In this document: positions 50,074 through 59,075 of the stretch, one piece after another
How positions within the stretch are numbered: position 1 is the stretch's first letter
Layout: each line of letters starts with the position of its first letter
Virus genome (UHGV): UHGV-0342645
Strand: one strand, 5' to 3'
Length of the DNA: 59,919 bases
Source: a virus
Made by a program: the position numbers and the translations under genes
The notes under the pieces: generated by a model
Told to the model about the DNA's origin: nothing
The model's database searches: none
What the model saw: only the letters and a program-made list of their open reading frames with translations

Positions 50074-53000
50074 TTACCCCATTGCAGTTCTACGAATTGT
50101 TCCTCGGGAAGCAAAGTCTGCAAGAACCTTGTTATATCCCTGCTCTGCACCATCACGAGCGGCTTGCTGCATTGCTTGCTTGAGCGCTGCATCGCCGTTC
50201 CCTTGTACAGTAATATTCTGAATAATGGTAACACCGCCTGACATATTCACGCCACCTTGTTGCGAAGCTTGGCTATCCAGGAAGCGATTTAACTTGTCAT
50301 TAGACGGAGCATTAAGCACACGTTCACCTTTATCCAATAACCATGTACCTTCGCGCGGAACATTATCAATACCGTCATGTGCCATACCAGCGATTGCTAA
50401 GCCACCCACGGTAGCGGCTGACGCATAACCCATAGCTTTCACTATACCCGCCATAGCTGCGCCCATTGTAGCACCGCCTTGCTGTGTACCCCACGCAAGC
50501 GCTGCTGATGCCGCTGTCTCCGTGTTAGCAAGGATTGATGGGATCTGCATTGCTTTCTGTGCTGCAAACATTGCCTTATAAATAAAGTTCTGTTTACTAA
50601 CACCTTCTTCCAGCCCTGACAAGATAATACCCAATGATTCCTGAGAAAAGGATATCATTCGGTTCATAAGAACTTTATCCAGGTTTTCCCTTTCCATGCT
50701 TGCTTTCTTCAGAACTTGAGTTTTGGCATCCTCATAAAGTTGATAATAAGCTAGGTCATCCGCTCGCTGTTTTGCATTAAGCTCTGTAATCTTTGTATTT
50801 TGCTCGTACGCGATTTTTTCATAGTCTGTCATACCTTCATCTAACAGACCCTCAGCAAACTTACGATTCTTCTTACGCTCGTCCAGTTTCTTTTGAGCTT
50901 CTTCTGCATCGTAAATTGCAGCAGCAAGACTAACGACTTCTGCTTTTTCCGCAGCAGTTGCAGACGCATTGAGCTTATTGAGGGCGGCAGCTTGGGCTTT
51001 CGCTTTGGCGTTTTCCTTAACCCCTGTGGTTACTTCGTTAAGCTTGTTTCGTAAATTGTCAATAACCTTAGCGTTTTGTTGATCCGCCCTAATAGCGTCT
51101 TTTGTAGCTTTGGTTCGGTTTCTCTCCGCTTCCTCAAGATCGTAGTTCTTGCCAAGAGCTTGGGCTAAATCTTGAGCATATTTAACAAGCTCTTTAGCGG
51201 ATTCGCTTGTTGCCTCTGAGCTAACGTCCTGACCCATAGCTACTTTGCGAATTAGACTTCCGTAGGTGTCCGCATCCTTACCTAAAGTTTGATACAACCC
51301 TTTAAGTATTTCAGCTTGACGCGCATTACCCGCACCTTTAACAGTATTAACATCAATTTCACGGTTAACGTCACCTAACTGGCCTTTAAAACGATCAAGG
51401 ACATTTTTGTCAATAATTGGTCCGGTGTTAACGTTAAGCACAGCCTTCATATCGGCAGCAAGCTGACGAGCTAACGGAATTATCTTCTCGATAGCGGGGC
51501 TTGTCATTTCCAATACGTTATTGTAACGACGTTGCGCTTCTTCCGCACGCTCAGCAGCAAGCTTGACATTATCCGTAGCAATTTGTAAGTTCTTCTCAGC
51601 ACTAGCAGTATCTCGACCGGATGCAGCTCGACGCTTCAATTGTGCTTCATAGAACTTCTGCGTTTCCGTTGCAGATTTAAGAGCGGTTTGCTCGCGCTTC
51701 ATTTGCTCTTCAAGTTCCGGAAGTATTGCTCTAGCTTTAACAGCATTAGCCGCAAGCTGAGCTTCCGTCATTTGCATCAATTTATCGCGTACTGTGTCAA
51801 CGCTATCTGCAAATTGATTATTTTCAGCACGACCCGCTTCCAGCGACGCTTTATAAGAGTAAATTGCACCCGCTGCCAGCATTGCTACACCAACAGGACC
51901 GCCAATTAACCCCATAGCACCGCGCAGCACGCTCATTGCTGTAGCTGCTCGGCTTGCGGCTGGTACAGTTGCGTTAAGCGCAGCATTGAGCGCTTGCCGC
52001 GCTTGCACGTCCGCCACAATTGCCGCAGAATGCGCACGGGTAGCATTGATAAGCGCAAGACGAGCACCTGCTTCCGCTGCCGTACCCTTAGCAACCGCTA
52101 AGGACCCTCGAGCAACCTGTAACGCTGCAAGCGAAGCCGCACGATCCGCAGCCGCTTTCTGTGCGGTAACGCCAATAGAGCTTCGCATCACCGCCGTAGT
52201 TGCCGCAGTTTGTGCAGCCTCCATCTGAGATGCTTTTGCAGCAGCTATAGACGCTTTAGTCTTAGCAAGCATTGCCGTAATGATACGGGCGGTGATTACT
52301 GTGGCTAAAGCTGAACTAACCGTTACAACCGTTCCTAAGTTTTCGGATAATGCAACAAACGTCTGCCCCAATGCAGCGACCGCACCTTGAGTCTTTTGGG
52401 ATTCGCCCATAAACTTAGTCAGGTTGTTTGTTGCGATCGTCCATTGCTGTTTGAACGTTGGCATAGTGCGGCTAAATTCTTTATCAATTGTATCCGCAGC
52501 AGCAGACAACGATTTGATAACCACATCGGCTGTTAACTTGCCGCTGTACGCCAGCTCACGCAATTGTCCAATGGTAACGCCTAAAGAATCGGACATGATT
52601 TGAGTTAAGCGCGGAGCTTGTTCTGCAACAGAGCGGAATTCATCCCCGCGCAAAACACCGGATGCCATCGCTTGCGAAAACTGAATAAGAGCAGCACTTG
52701 CTTCGTTGGACGTTGCACCAGAAACGATCATTGCTTTGTTAATTGTTTCCGTGATGCGCCCGAGCTCCATAGCTGTCATACCAGTATTCTTCATTACACG
52801 CTGGAGGCGGGAGTACAGAGTTGCAGTCGCTTCTAAGCTTGTACGTGACCGCTGGGCAATATCAAACACGCGTTGCTGCGCATCCGCAACGGTTTCATTA
52901 CCCGTACGAGCCAGTTCAAGTTTGTTGGTGAGGATAGTCCAGGAGTCCGATAGCGAAATAACACGGTTAATGGTGTCGACGCTAATCATTCCTACAATTG

Positions 53001-53190
53001 CAGCATCTAAACGACTTGTGACAGTTGCAAGTTCGTTAGATGTGTTAGACAATGTTTTATAGCTGGAGGTAACACGTTGAGCAGACCGCTCCGCTGTGTC
53101 ACCTGTACGCGCTAAGTTCCGCAACATAGAGTCCGCGGTACTAATCCCTCTCGCGTCAACTCTGATTACTAGCGAAGCGGTTTCGGCCAT
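50074..53190 (-). CDS. tape measure protein
   Basis: 1038 aa, Ala-rich helical protein with hydrophobic segments, directly after the frameshifted chaperone pair. Confidence 0.9.
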   Translation of the reverse strand: MAETASLVIRVDARGISTADSMLRNLARTGDTAERSAQRVTSSYKTLSNTSNELATVTSRLDAAIVGMISVDTINRVISLSDSWTILTNKLELARTGNETVADAQQRVFDIAQRSRTSLEATATLYSRLQRVMKNTGMTAMELGRITETINKAMIVSGATSNEASAALIQFSQAMASGVLRGDEFRSVAEQAPRLTQIMSDSLGVTIGQLRELAYSGKLTADVVIKSLSAAADTIDKEFSRTMPTFKQQWTIATNNLTKFMGESQKTQGAVAALGQTFVALSENLGTVVTVSSALATVITARIITAMLAKTKASIAAAKASQMEAAQTAATTAVMRSSIGVTAQKAAADRAASLAALQVARGSLAVAKGTAAEAGARLALINATRAHSAAIVADVQARQALNAALNATVPAASRAATAMSVLRGAMGLIGGPVGVAMLAAGAIYSYKASLEAGRAENNQFADSVDTVRDKLMQMTEAQLAANAVKARAILPELEEQMKREQTALKSATETQKFYEAQLKRRAASGRDTASAEKNLQIATDNVKLAAERAEEAQRRYNNVLEMTSPAIEKIIPLARQLAADMKAVLNVNTGPIIDKNVLDRFKGQLGDVNREIDVNTVKGAGNARQAEILKGLYQTLGKDADTYGSLIRKVAMGQDVSSEATSESAKELVKYAQDLAQALGKNYDLEEAERNRTKATKDAIRADQQNAKVIDNLRNKLNEVTTGVKENAKAKAQAAALNKLNASATAAEKAEVVSLAAAIYDAEEAQKKLDERKKNRKFAEGLLDEGMTDYEKIAYEQNTKITELNAKQRADDLAYYQLYEDAKTQVLKKASMERENLDKVLMNRMISFSQESLGIILSGLEEGVSKQNFIYKAMFAAQKAMQIPSILANTETAASAALAWGTQQGGATMGAAMAGIVKAMGYASAATVGGLAIAGMAHDGIDNVPREGTWLLDKGERVLNAPSNDKLNRFLDSQASQQGGVNMSGGVTIIQNITVQGNGDAALKQAMQQAARDGAEQGYNKVLADFASRGTIRRTAMG

Positions 53191-53995
53191 TATCTTCTCC
53201 TTTTTCTTCTACCTTTATTTTGATTTTGCATTTGACTTTCCATGAGTTTAGCATTTTGTTCAGCTTCTGACACGCGCTTTTCAAGCCATAGCTGCCGCAG
53301 TATTTCGCATTCGTACGGTTGAAGATGTAAGCCCATTGTCACTTGATAGCTGTGCAATTCTGTATAACTAAAATCTCCTCCAGTGTAGATATCATCAAAT
53401 AAAGTAGATAGATATTCGAAGCAAAGCGGTATTTCCTTTTCCCGATATTCTTTAAGCTTAGGTGGCGTCTTACCAGACTGTTCCTCAACCTTTTGCAGTT
53501 GCGATAATAAAGAAGATCCCCCGCCGGGGACTTTACTATTTAGTTCCCATTGGAGGATCTTCTTATCAATTAACTGTCTGCGCGCTTTTAGAAAAAATTA
53601 CTATCTTTAGCGGCAAATACGTTAAGGTCTTCTCGGACAGTTGGGTTCTCCGTTAAGAACTCAAACACGTTGTCAACGGTTGGAGGCTCGTCAAACGTCC
53701 AACCTGCTACAAGATTACACAGTGAACGGGTAAGGATGTCTTCCTTCATAGCATCCGTTACTTCCCCGTCTTTACCCTGCATAAGTGCCAACAGTTGACG
53801 TTGTGCTTTCAATTCTGCGTCACGATACTCTGTGCAGTAACGGCTACGAATGTAGAGTTTTTCGCCAGTGTCGCCTACACCAGGAATAACCACATTCATA
53901 GGCTTAGTGTTTGCCGGATCATTTGCCCGGCTCACAGTTTTAAAATCACGGAAGCTTTTAGCTACTGCAACTTTGGCTTTTTTGGTGTCGGTCAT
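53190..53995 (-). CDS. tail assembly chaperone, -1 frameshift fusion product (gpGT-like)
   Basis: Slippery heptamer T_TTT_TTC at 53597..53591, just before the stop of the 135-aa ORF. The -1 frame stays open for ~133 codons (LKARRQLIDKKILQWE...GRRKRRR) and stops at a TAATG overlapping the tape measure start. Confidence 0.7.
53588..53995 (-). CDS. tail assembly chaperone (gpG-like)
   Basis: 135 aa between the major tail and tape measure genes. Ends in the slippery sequence. Confidence 0.75.
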   Translation of the reverse strand: MTDTKKAKVAVAKSFRDFKTVSRANDPANTKPMNVVIPGVGDTGEKLYIRSRYCTEYRDAELKAQRQLLALMQGKDGEVTDAMKEDILTRSLCNLVAGWTFDEPPTVDNVFEFLTENPTVREDLNVFAAKDSNFF

Positions 53996-54004
53996 TTCTT
54001 ATCC

Positions 54005-54928
54005 TTATGCTCCCGCTAAAACGCGGGTAATTTTGATAGAACTTGCGCTTGTTGGGTCCAGCAATCCGCGGTAGCCCATATTAAGCATGATATCGCCTTC
54101 ACCGTCAATAGGACGCGGAGCCTCAGTGAATTTCACGCGAGGGATTTCCACAGTGTATTTTTGTTGCGGATTGCTTGGGTCAATCAGATCAAACTTGATT
54201 GAAGTTTCCACTTCATCCAGATACTTCTTACGCAGTTTGTTATCCAGGAAGTAAACGTTAGCTGTACCAGTTACAGCACGGCGACCAGCAGACGGTTCAA
54301 TGGAGAACTTCGAGCCAACAACGAAGCGCGGAGTGATATCGTTTTCAACGGTAAGACCGATTTCCGTAATAACGCTAATTTCCTGACCGCCTTCCAGCAA
54401 GCGACCGGAGAAGCCGTCCATCGGTGAAGAAGTTGTACGAGCTTTGATGGAAGCACCAGCAGGAAGTGATTCAGCAATTTCCATCGAGCGACCAACAATG
54501 CCGAACTCTACTGTGGTCATGTTTTCAGCAGACAATGAGAAAGTCATGCTGTTAACTTCACAACCGCGATAGATTGTGTATTTACCTGATGGCAGATCTG
54601 CGTTATAGTCTACAAAAGTAAATGACTGGCGAACAATACCACCTTTAAGGACGTTGTCCTGCCATTCACCGCGCAGTGCTGCCGCAATGAGGTCGTCAAA
54701 CGTACCGAAGGACATTTCGCCTGTTACCGTACCTTCAACGCTTCGAGCGCCAAGACGGAAGTCTGCGGTTTCTGCGTCATCACGCAGTTCTTCAGACTCC
54801 AGCGTCGCAATGTTAATATCCAGACCGGAACTCGTTACACGAAACGGGGTAAACTTCGCGCTTGCTGGAGTTGTGTTGCTCACATCTTCTTTGACGTAAT
54901 AACACGAATAACGTGAACCTGTAGCCAT
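54005..54928 (-). CDS. major tail protein
   Basis: 307 aa with GAGAGGA SD. Lies between the tail terminator-like and chaperone genes. Confidence 0.75.
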   Translation of the reverse strand: MATGSRYSCYYVKEDVSNTTPASAKFTPFRVTSSGLDINIATLESEELRDDAETADFRLGARSVEGTVTGEMSFGTFDDLIAAALRGEWQDNVLKGGIVRQSFTFVDYNADLPSGKYTIYRGCEVNSMTFSLSAENMTTVEFGIVGRSMEIAESLPAGASIKARTTSSPMDGFSGRLLEGGQEISVITEIGLTVENDITPRFVVGSKFSIEPSAGRRAVTGTANVYFLDNKLRKKYLDEVETSIKFDLIDPSNPQQKYTVEIPRVKFTEAPRPIDGEGDIMLNMGYRGLLDPTSASSIKITRVLAGA

Positions 54929-54942
54929 ATTTAGATCCTCTC

Positions 54943-55392
54943 TTACCTCGGCTCACGAGCCGACCAATAGATTGTAATAAAGTTAACGTCCCAGTTGTCT
55001 TCAACCCCGCCTCTGGTAAAATCATTCAGCGAAGTTTGTCCACCCTGCGAAAAGTCTAAGCTGACAATTCGTATCGTGTGGTCATCCGGGCACGGGATAC
55101 GCAAGCCCAGTTTAAACTTTTTCCGAATGGAATCCAAGATTTGATTCTGTTTAGACGTTCCAGTGTTTAACGGACTGTACACTGTAACTTGATAGAATCC
55201 TGGAATTTCATTCAGACCGTTGTCACCTAACGTTGCCGCGTATGTAGATGCAGGTGCATTGATTGCCTTTAACCACATCTGATTCGCTTTAGGTGTAAAC
55301 TTCTTGTTCTTCCACGCTATACCTATATCCGGTCCAACGGCTTCGCGTAGCATCTTATTAAATGCGTCATTGATAAAATCGTATCCCAGCAT
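54943..55392 (-). CDS. tail terminator / tail completion protein
   Basis: 149 aa. Call rests on position immediately upstream of the major tail gene. Confidence 0.5.
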   Translation of the reverse strand: MLGYDFINDAFNKMLREAVGPDIGIAWKNKKFTPKANQMWLKAINAPASTYAATLGDNGLNEIPGFYQVTVYSPLNTGTSKQNQILDSIRKKFKLGLRIPCPDDHTIRIVSLDFSQGGQTSLNDFTRGGVEDNWDVNFITIYWSAREPR

Positions 55393-55799
55393 TATAGTTT
55401 TCCTTCTACAATAGCTTGGCGTATCAACATTGGAAGCTTCGCTACGTTAATACGCACCATGCCATTTGGCGCTTGCTGCGACCAACCAAGATATTCAAGT
55501 TTCGGAGCATACGGGGTTAAATTGCTAAAGTAGAAAGTCCAGTCTTTATCATCTGGCAACTGTCTTATAATAACCCTAGCTTCCGCTTTAGCTAACTCCC
55601 CAGTAGGATCGAGGCGGATAGTTTCCGTCGCATATGGTGTACCAATGGATGAACGCCAACCGCCTTTTGTACGTCCGGTCTTAACAGGAGTATCCTGAAT
55701 TACATTCTCCGTGAACTTGACAACAACCTTTTTGGCTTGCTCCCCAGTCTGGACAAGCACCTTTTGACTTGCACGCCGTATATCCGCCCCGAATCCCAT
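55392..55799 (-). CDS. HK97 gp10-like neck/tail-component protein
   Basis: 135 aa. VIQDTPVKTGRTKGGWRSS matches the gp10-family DTP.dTG..r..W motif. Confidence 0.6.
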   Translation of the reverse strand: MGFGADIRRASQKVLVQTGEQAKKVVVKFTENVIQDTPVKTGRTKGGWRSSIGTPYATETIRLDPTGELAKAEARVIIRQLPDDKDWTFYFSNLTPYAPKLEYLGWSQQAPNGMVRINVAKLPMLIRQAIVEGKL

Positions 55800-56179
55800 T
55801 ATCGCGTCACCTTGAAAGTATAAAGAACAGAAACATTAGCAGGTCTTGTATCAACAAACTCATTTATGGTCCACACTTCCAACTCACCATCAGGAGACAT
55901 ACGCTCAATGCGTGCAGTCATTGCTTTATCTCGTGTCAATGGTGGAGTCATTGGATAGGTTAAGACTTTCAATTCGCCAGTAGCAACAAGGCTCCCACCG
56001 ATCATTTTTTCCTTCGGGGAAAGAAAAGCTCCGATAAATGGGTAGCGTTTTTCAACACTAGGATCGTCCCACTCATCTTGACCTTCTCCTTTTTCCATGA
56101 CCACAAGGGTACAGTTCACGCCAGCGTCGTTGATCATTTGCTTTGCAGCTTCAACTAACTGCTCATAAGGAAAGCTCAT
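55799..56179 (-). CDS. head closure / head-tail joining protein
   Basis: 126 aa. Call rests on position only. Confidence 0.5.
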   Translation of the reverse strand: MSFPYEQLVEAAKQMINDAGVNCTLVVMEKGEGQDEWDDPSVEKRYPFIGAFLSPKEKMIGGSLVATGELKVLTYPMTPPLTRDKAMTARIERMSPDGELEVWTINEFVDTRPANVSVLYTFKVTR

Positions 56180-56182
56180 AAC

Positions 56183-56689
56183 TCACCGTATTAATCTGTT
56201 ACCCATTTGATAACCCAGCAAAGGTGATAAAAACGTCATAGCTTTATCATATGTTTTTGCTGGACCTGACTGTGCTGTGCTACCAGTTGCATATTCAATC
56301 TCAAGACCTTCTACTTTAGTTCTTTTGACTGCATATGCAGTAGTTTTCCCATTAAGAGGACCGCCAGTAGCTGAGTCCGCTGTAAGCTGGCAAACAGCGT
56401 TTATAAGCGCCTTTGGCAAAGGGCTTTGGGGTAGCTCGAACCCATCCACAAACACCCCGTAGCGTGGCCAATTTAGGGGTTGCTGTGGGTCCATTTTATA
56501 ACCCTTAAACCGTTGGCCGTATCCTTCCACAAAATCCATAGCGTCGAAGATCTTTGTCTTTAGATCTTCATCTTCACTTGGAAGTACAATACCTCGCATT
56601 GCGGCATACATCCGGACTTGTTCAATGGTCACATAACTGTTGGCGTCCGGTACACCAGTACCATCTTCAACTATCAGTGGAATCTCCAT
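56183..56689 (-). CDS. head-tail adaptor (gp6-like connector)
   Basis: 168 aa. The N-terminus ...ANSYVTIEQVRMYAAMRG... is typical of phage head-tail connector family proteins. Confidence 0.55.
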   Translation of the reverse strand: MEIPLIVEDGTGVPDANSYVTIEQVRMYAAMRGIVLPSEDEDLKTKIFDAMDFVEGYGQRFKGYKMDPQQPLNWPRYGVFVDGFELPQSPLPKALINAVCQLTADSATGGPLNGKTTAYAVKRTKVEGLEIEYATGSTAQSGPAKTYDKAMTFLSPLLGYQMGNRLIR

Positions 56690-56742
56690 CTTTCTTCCTC
56701 ATTGCGATGGTTGTAGGGATAAGTGGCGGGAGCTCTTCTTCA

Positions 56743-56774
56743 GGAACAGAAACGGCGTCTTCTTGACGCCGTTT
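56743..56774 (-). terminator. terminator/attenuator hairpin
   Basis: Perfect 10-bp stem AAACGGCGTC / GACGCCGTTT with a 5-nt loop, followed on the minus strand by TCTGTTCC (the stem ends in TTT). Confidence 0.45.
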
Positions 56775-56827
56775 TCTATTACGTCGGAGGAGCCACAACA
56801 CATATTGTCTATGGCTCATTTCCATGA

Positions 56828-57481
56828 TTAACCTCGACGCATCATATTACGTGCAACCATACGGGCAACCGGATCGTCAATAGGGTTCTGGAAGCGATGG
56901 TCAGAAAGCATGTCTTCCGGTTTACGTTTTTTCTGCGCTTCAAGATACATCTGAGTTGCAGTAAGACCGGACTTAGGACGACGACTTTCCTGCTCAACAA
57001 TAATCTTATCCAGATCCGCTTGAACGTCTGCAATAGCAAGCTCCAGCGCGTGCTTAGTGTCAGCAATCTCTTTAACCACATTGCTAAGCTTTTCACGCTT
57101 CGCTTTCAGTTCTTCATCGGTTAAGCTGGAAGTGTCACCGATTTTTTCCGGCTCCAGAAGAGCACGCAGTGCTTCGCTAATCTTAACTTCGATTTGCATC
57201 GTTGCAACCGCGACTTTCTTTTGTTCTTCATGAGCTTTCTCCTGTTTGACAGCTTCATGTAAAACTGGATCAGCAGATTTAACAGGTTCCACTGGCTCTG
57301 GCTCTTCCAGCACGCGGTTATCGCGGGTAAACAGCGGAGCAGCAGTTGTAATATCGTCGCGGGTTAAAGACGGGTTAGCGGTAGCGAAACGCAGAGCGTC
57401 AACTTTAGGTAAGCCATCGCTGGTCCAATGATTCGGGTTATCCGGATCAAGTTCTAACAATGCTTCAATTAATGTCTTCAT
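56828..57481 (-). CDS. hypothetical head-module protein
   Basis: 217 aa, charged and helical, between the decoration-like and connector genes. Confidence 0.6.
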   Translation of the reverse strand: MKTLIEALLELDPDNPNHWTSDGLPKVDALRFATANPSLTRDDITTAAPLFTRDNRVLEEPEPVEPVKSADPVLHEAVKQEKAHEEQKKVAVATMQIEVKISEALRALLEPEKIGDTSSLTDEELKAKREKLSNVVKEIADTKHALELAIADVQADLDKIIVEQESRRPKSGLTATQMYLEAQKKRKPEDMLSDHRFQNPIDDPVARMVARNMMRRG

Positions 57482-57498
57482 TGTTTAATCCTTATTTT

Positions 57499-57822
57499 TT
57501 AGGTCACATTAATAACACATGTACCAGTAACACTATCCTTTGCCTTGGACGTTACTGTCAAGTTTGAAGTACCACTGCTTGCGGTTGTGGTCACGGTAAT
57601 TGTACCGTCCCCGTTGTCTTTAATTGTAGCAGAGGAACCGTCAACTGACGCGCTATACGCTTTGTTTGTAGTTCCGCCTGGGACAAAGTTTATTTTAACA
57701 GTAACCGTCTTTACTTCTGAAGTTGTGGTGTCAATCTTAGCAGGATCGAGAGTAATCGAAATTGGCTCCACCTGCAACGATTTTTCCATCAAGTCATGTC
57801 GTTCATAACGTTGATAACGCAT
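57499..57822 (-). CDS. Ig-like (Big_2-type) domain protein, probable capsid decoration
   Basis: 107 aa. KAYSASVDGSSATIKDNGDGTITVTTTASSGTSNLTVTSKAKDSVTGTCVINVT is a bacterial Ig-like pattern. Directly after the capsid gene. Confidence 0.6.
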   Translation of the reverse strand: MRYQRYERHDLMEKSLQVEPISITLDPAKIDTTTSEVKTVTVKINFVPGGTTNKAYSASVDGSSATIKDNGDGTITVTTTASSGTSNLTVTSKAKDSVTGTCVINVT

Positions 57823-57833
57823 GGTTGTTCTCC

Positions 57834-57860
57834 TAAAAAAGAGGGGACATAAATGTCCCC
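57834..57860 (-). terminator. intrinsic terminator after major capsid gene
   Basis: Minus strand GGGGACA-ttta-TGTCCCC followed by TCTTTTTT. Confidence 0.75.
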
Positions 57861-57891
57861 AAAATACTACAGCGCGGCGTTGAGTGAAGCC

Positions 57892-58953
57892 TTAGGAACC
57901 CTGATACTCACGAGTGATCAGGCGTGCGACTTTAAGCTGCTTGCGCTCAAGGAACGCACGACGCCAGGAATCTTCATGGGCCAGGTTGTTAGTGGTAGCA
58001 GCGTTAGACGGACCACCTTTAGCAGTTTGGGCAGCAGCCCAAGCATGACCGACCGGATGCAGAATCCATTCAACACGGTTGTGAAGAACTTCTTCACCAG
58101 CACCATTGTTAGCAGCTTCGTCACGAACCACAGCGGTCGGAACTTTTGGTGAACCAGCACCCATTGCAGTCGCGCCCGGGCCGAACAGCCAGCTTTCAAA
58201 GATACCAGTAGACGGATCGTGCGGCATGGAGTCGTCTTCAATAATACGCAAACCCTGATAATACTCGAACTGAGTTTCACCGCGAGCATCCGGAATGAAG
58301 TCGATCAGGTTCAGCTGACGCATACGATTACGAACGGTAGAGTGTACCATAATCATGGTCAGACCACGAGCAGCATCACCCATCGTTGCAGTTGCGTTGA
58401 TGAAGTTAGACGCGGTAAAGTTGGTCTGGTTGTTTACAAATGAAGAACCGGAAATATCGAACGTCAGATCGTCCGAATGGGATTTCTTGGCATTAGCAAA
58501 TACACCTTTCCAGGTTGCAATGTATGCAGCTTGCAGACGGCGAACCCACCACGCAGACACGCGATTACCGATAGCGGTCATTGGGTCGTTACCAATCAAA
58601 GCAGATACCAGATCCGCAGAACCCCAGGATTTTGAGCGACTCATACGAACCTGAACTTCAGATCCGGTAGTGATGTTTGACGGTTTGGACGGAGCACCTT
58701 TATCGATCGCAATATCTTCGTCTTCGTCTTTCAGGTCATTATAGAACGGCTCGTTAAAAGTCAAACCTGCACCAGCAAGGTTAGCAGATAAACGCTCGTC
58801 CATTACAACTGCACCGGATTGAATCAGAGCAGAAAGTTCAGCGGTCTGCGTCTGCACATAACCAGTGAAGATTTCAGGGACGATCACGTCAGCCAAACGA
58901 GTCAGGTCACTGTCACCACGACCAAATGGCAGAATAATTTTAGATTTAGACAT
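57892..58953 (-). CDS. major capsid protein
   Basis: 353 aa with AGGAGA-type SD, after the scaffold-like gene and followed by a strong terminator. Size and order fit HK97-fold capsid proteins. Confidence 0.8.
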   Translation of the reverse strand: MSKSKIILPFGRGDSDLTRLADVIVPEIFTGYVQTQTAELSALIQSGAVVMDERLSANLAGAGLTFNEPFYNDLKDEDEDIAIDKGAPSKPSNITTGSEVQVRMSRSKSWGSADLVSALIGNDPMTAIGNRVSAWWVRRLQAAYIATWKGVFANAKKSHSDDLTFDISGSSFVNNQTNFTASNFINATATMGDAARGLTMIMVHSTVRNRMRQLNLIDFIPDARGETQFEYYQGLRIIEDDSMPHDPSTGIFESWLFGPGATAMGAGSPKVPTAVVRDEAANNGAGEEVLHNRVEWILHPVGHAWAAAQTAKGGPSNAATTNNLAHEDSWRRAFLERKQLKVARLITREYQGS

Positions 58954-59075
58954 ACTTGTCTCCAGGAAAAGGATTGATTTGTTTACTGTTGGTAGCCTTT
59001 CCCCGTGGAAGGCTGTTTAGGAACCCGTGTCCCTGATGTGTTGAAACTTAACATCAGGGACGTCGGGATGTCAAC

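Noticed and set aside
50225-53062. Multiple plus-strand ORFs inside the tape measure gene, and similar antisense ORFs inside terL, portal, J-like, primase and helicase genes
   Set aside because: All are fully nested antisense to long, well-supported genes, lack an SD and have odd composition.
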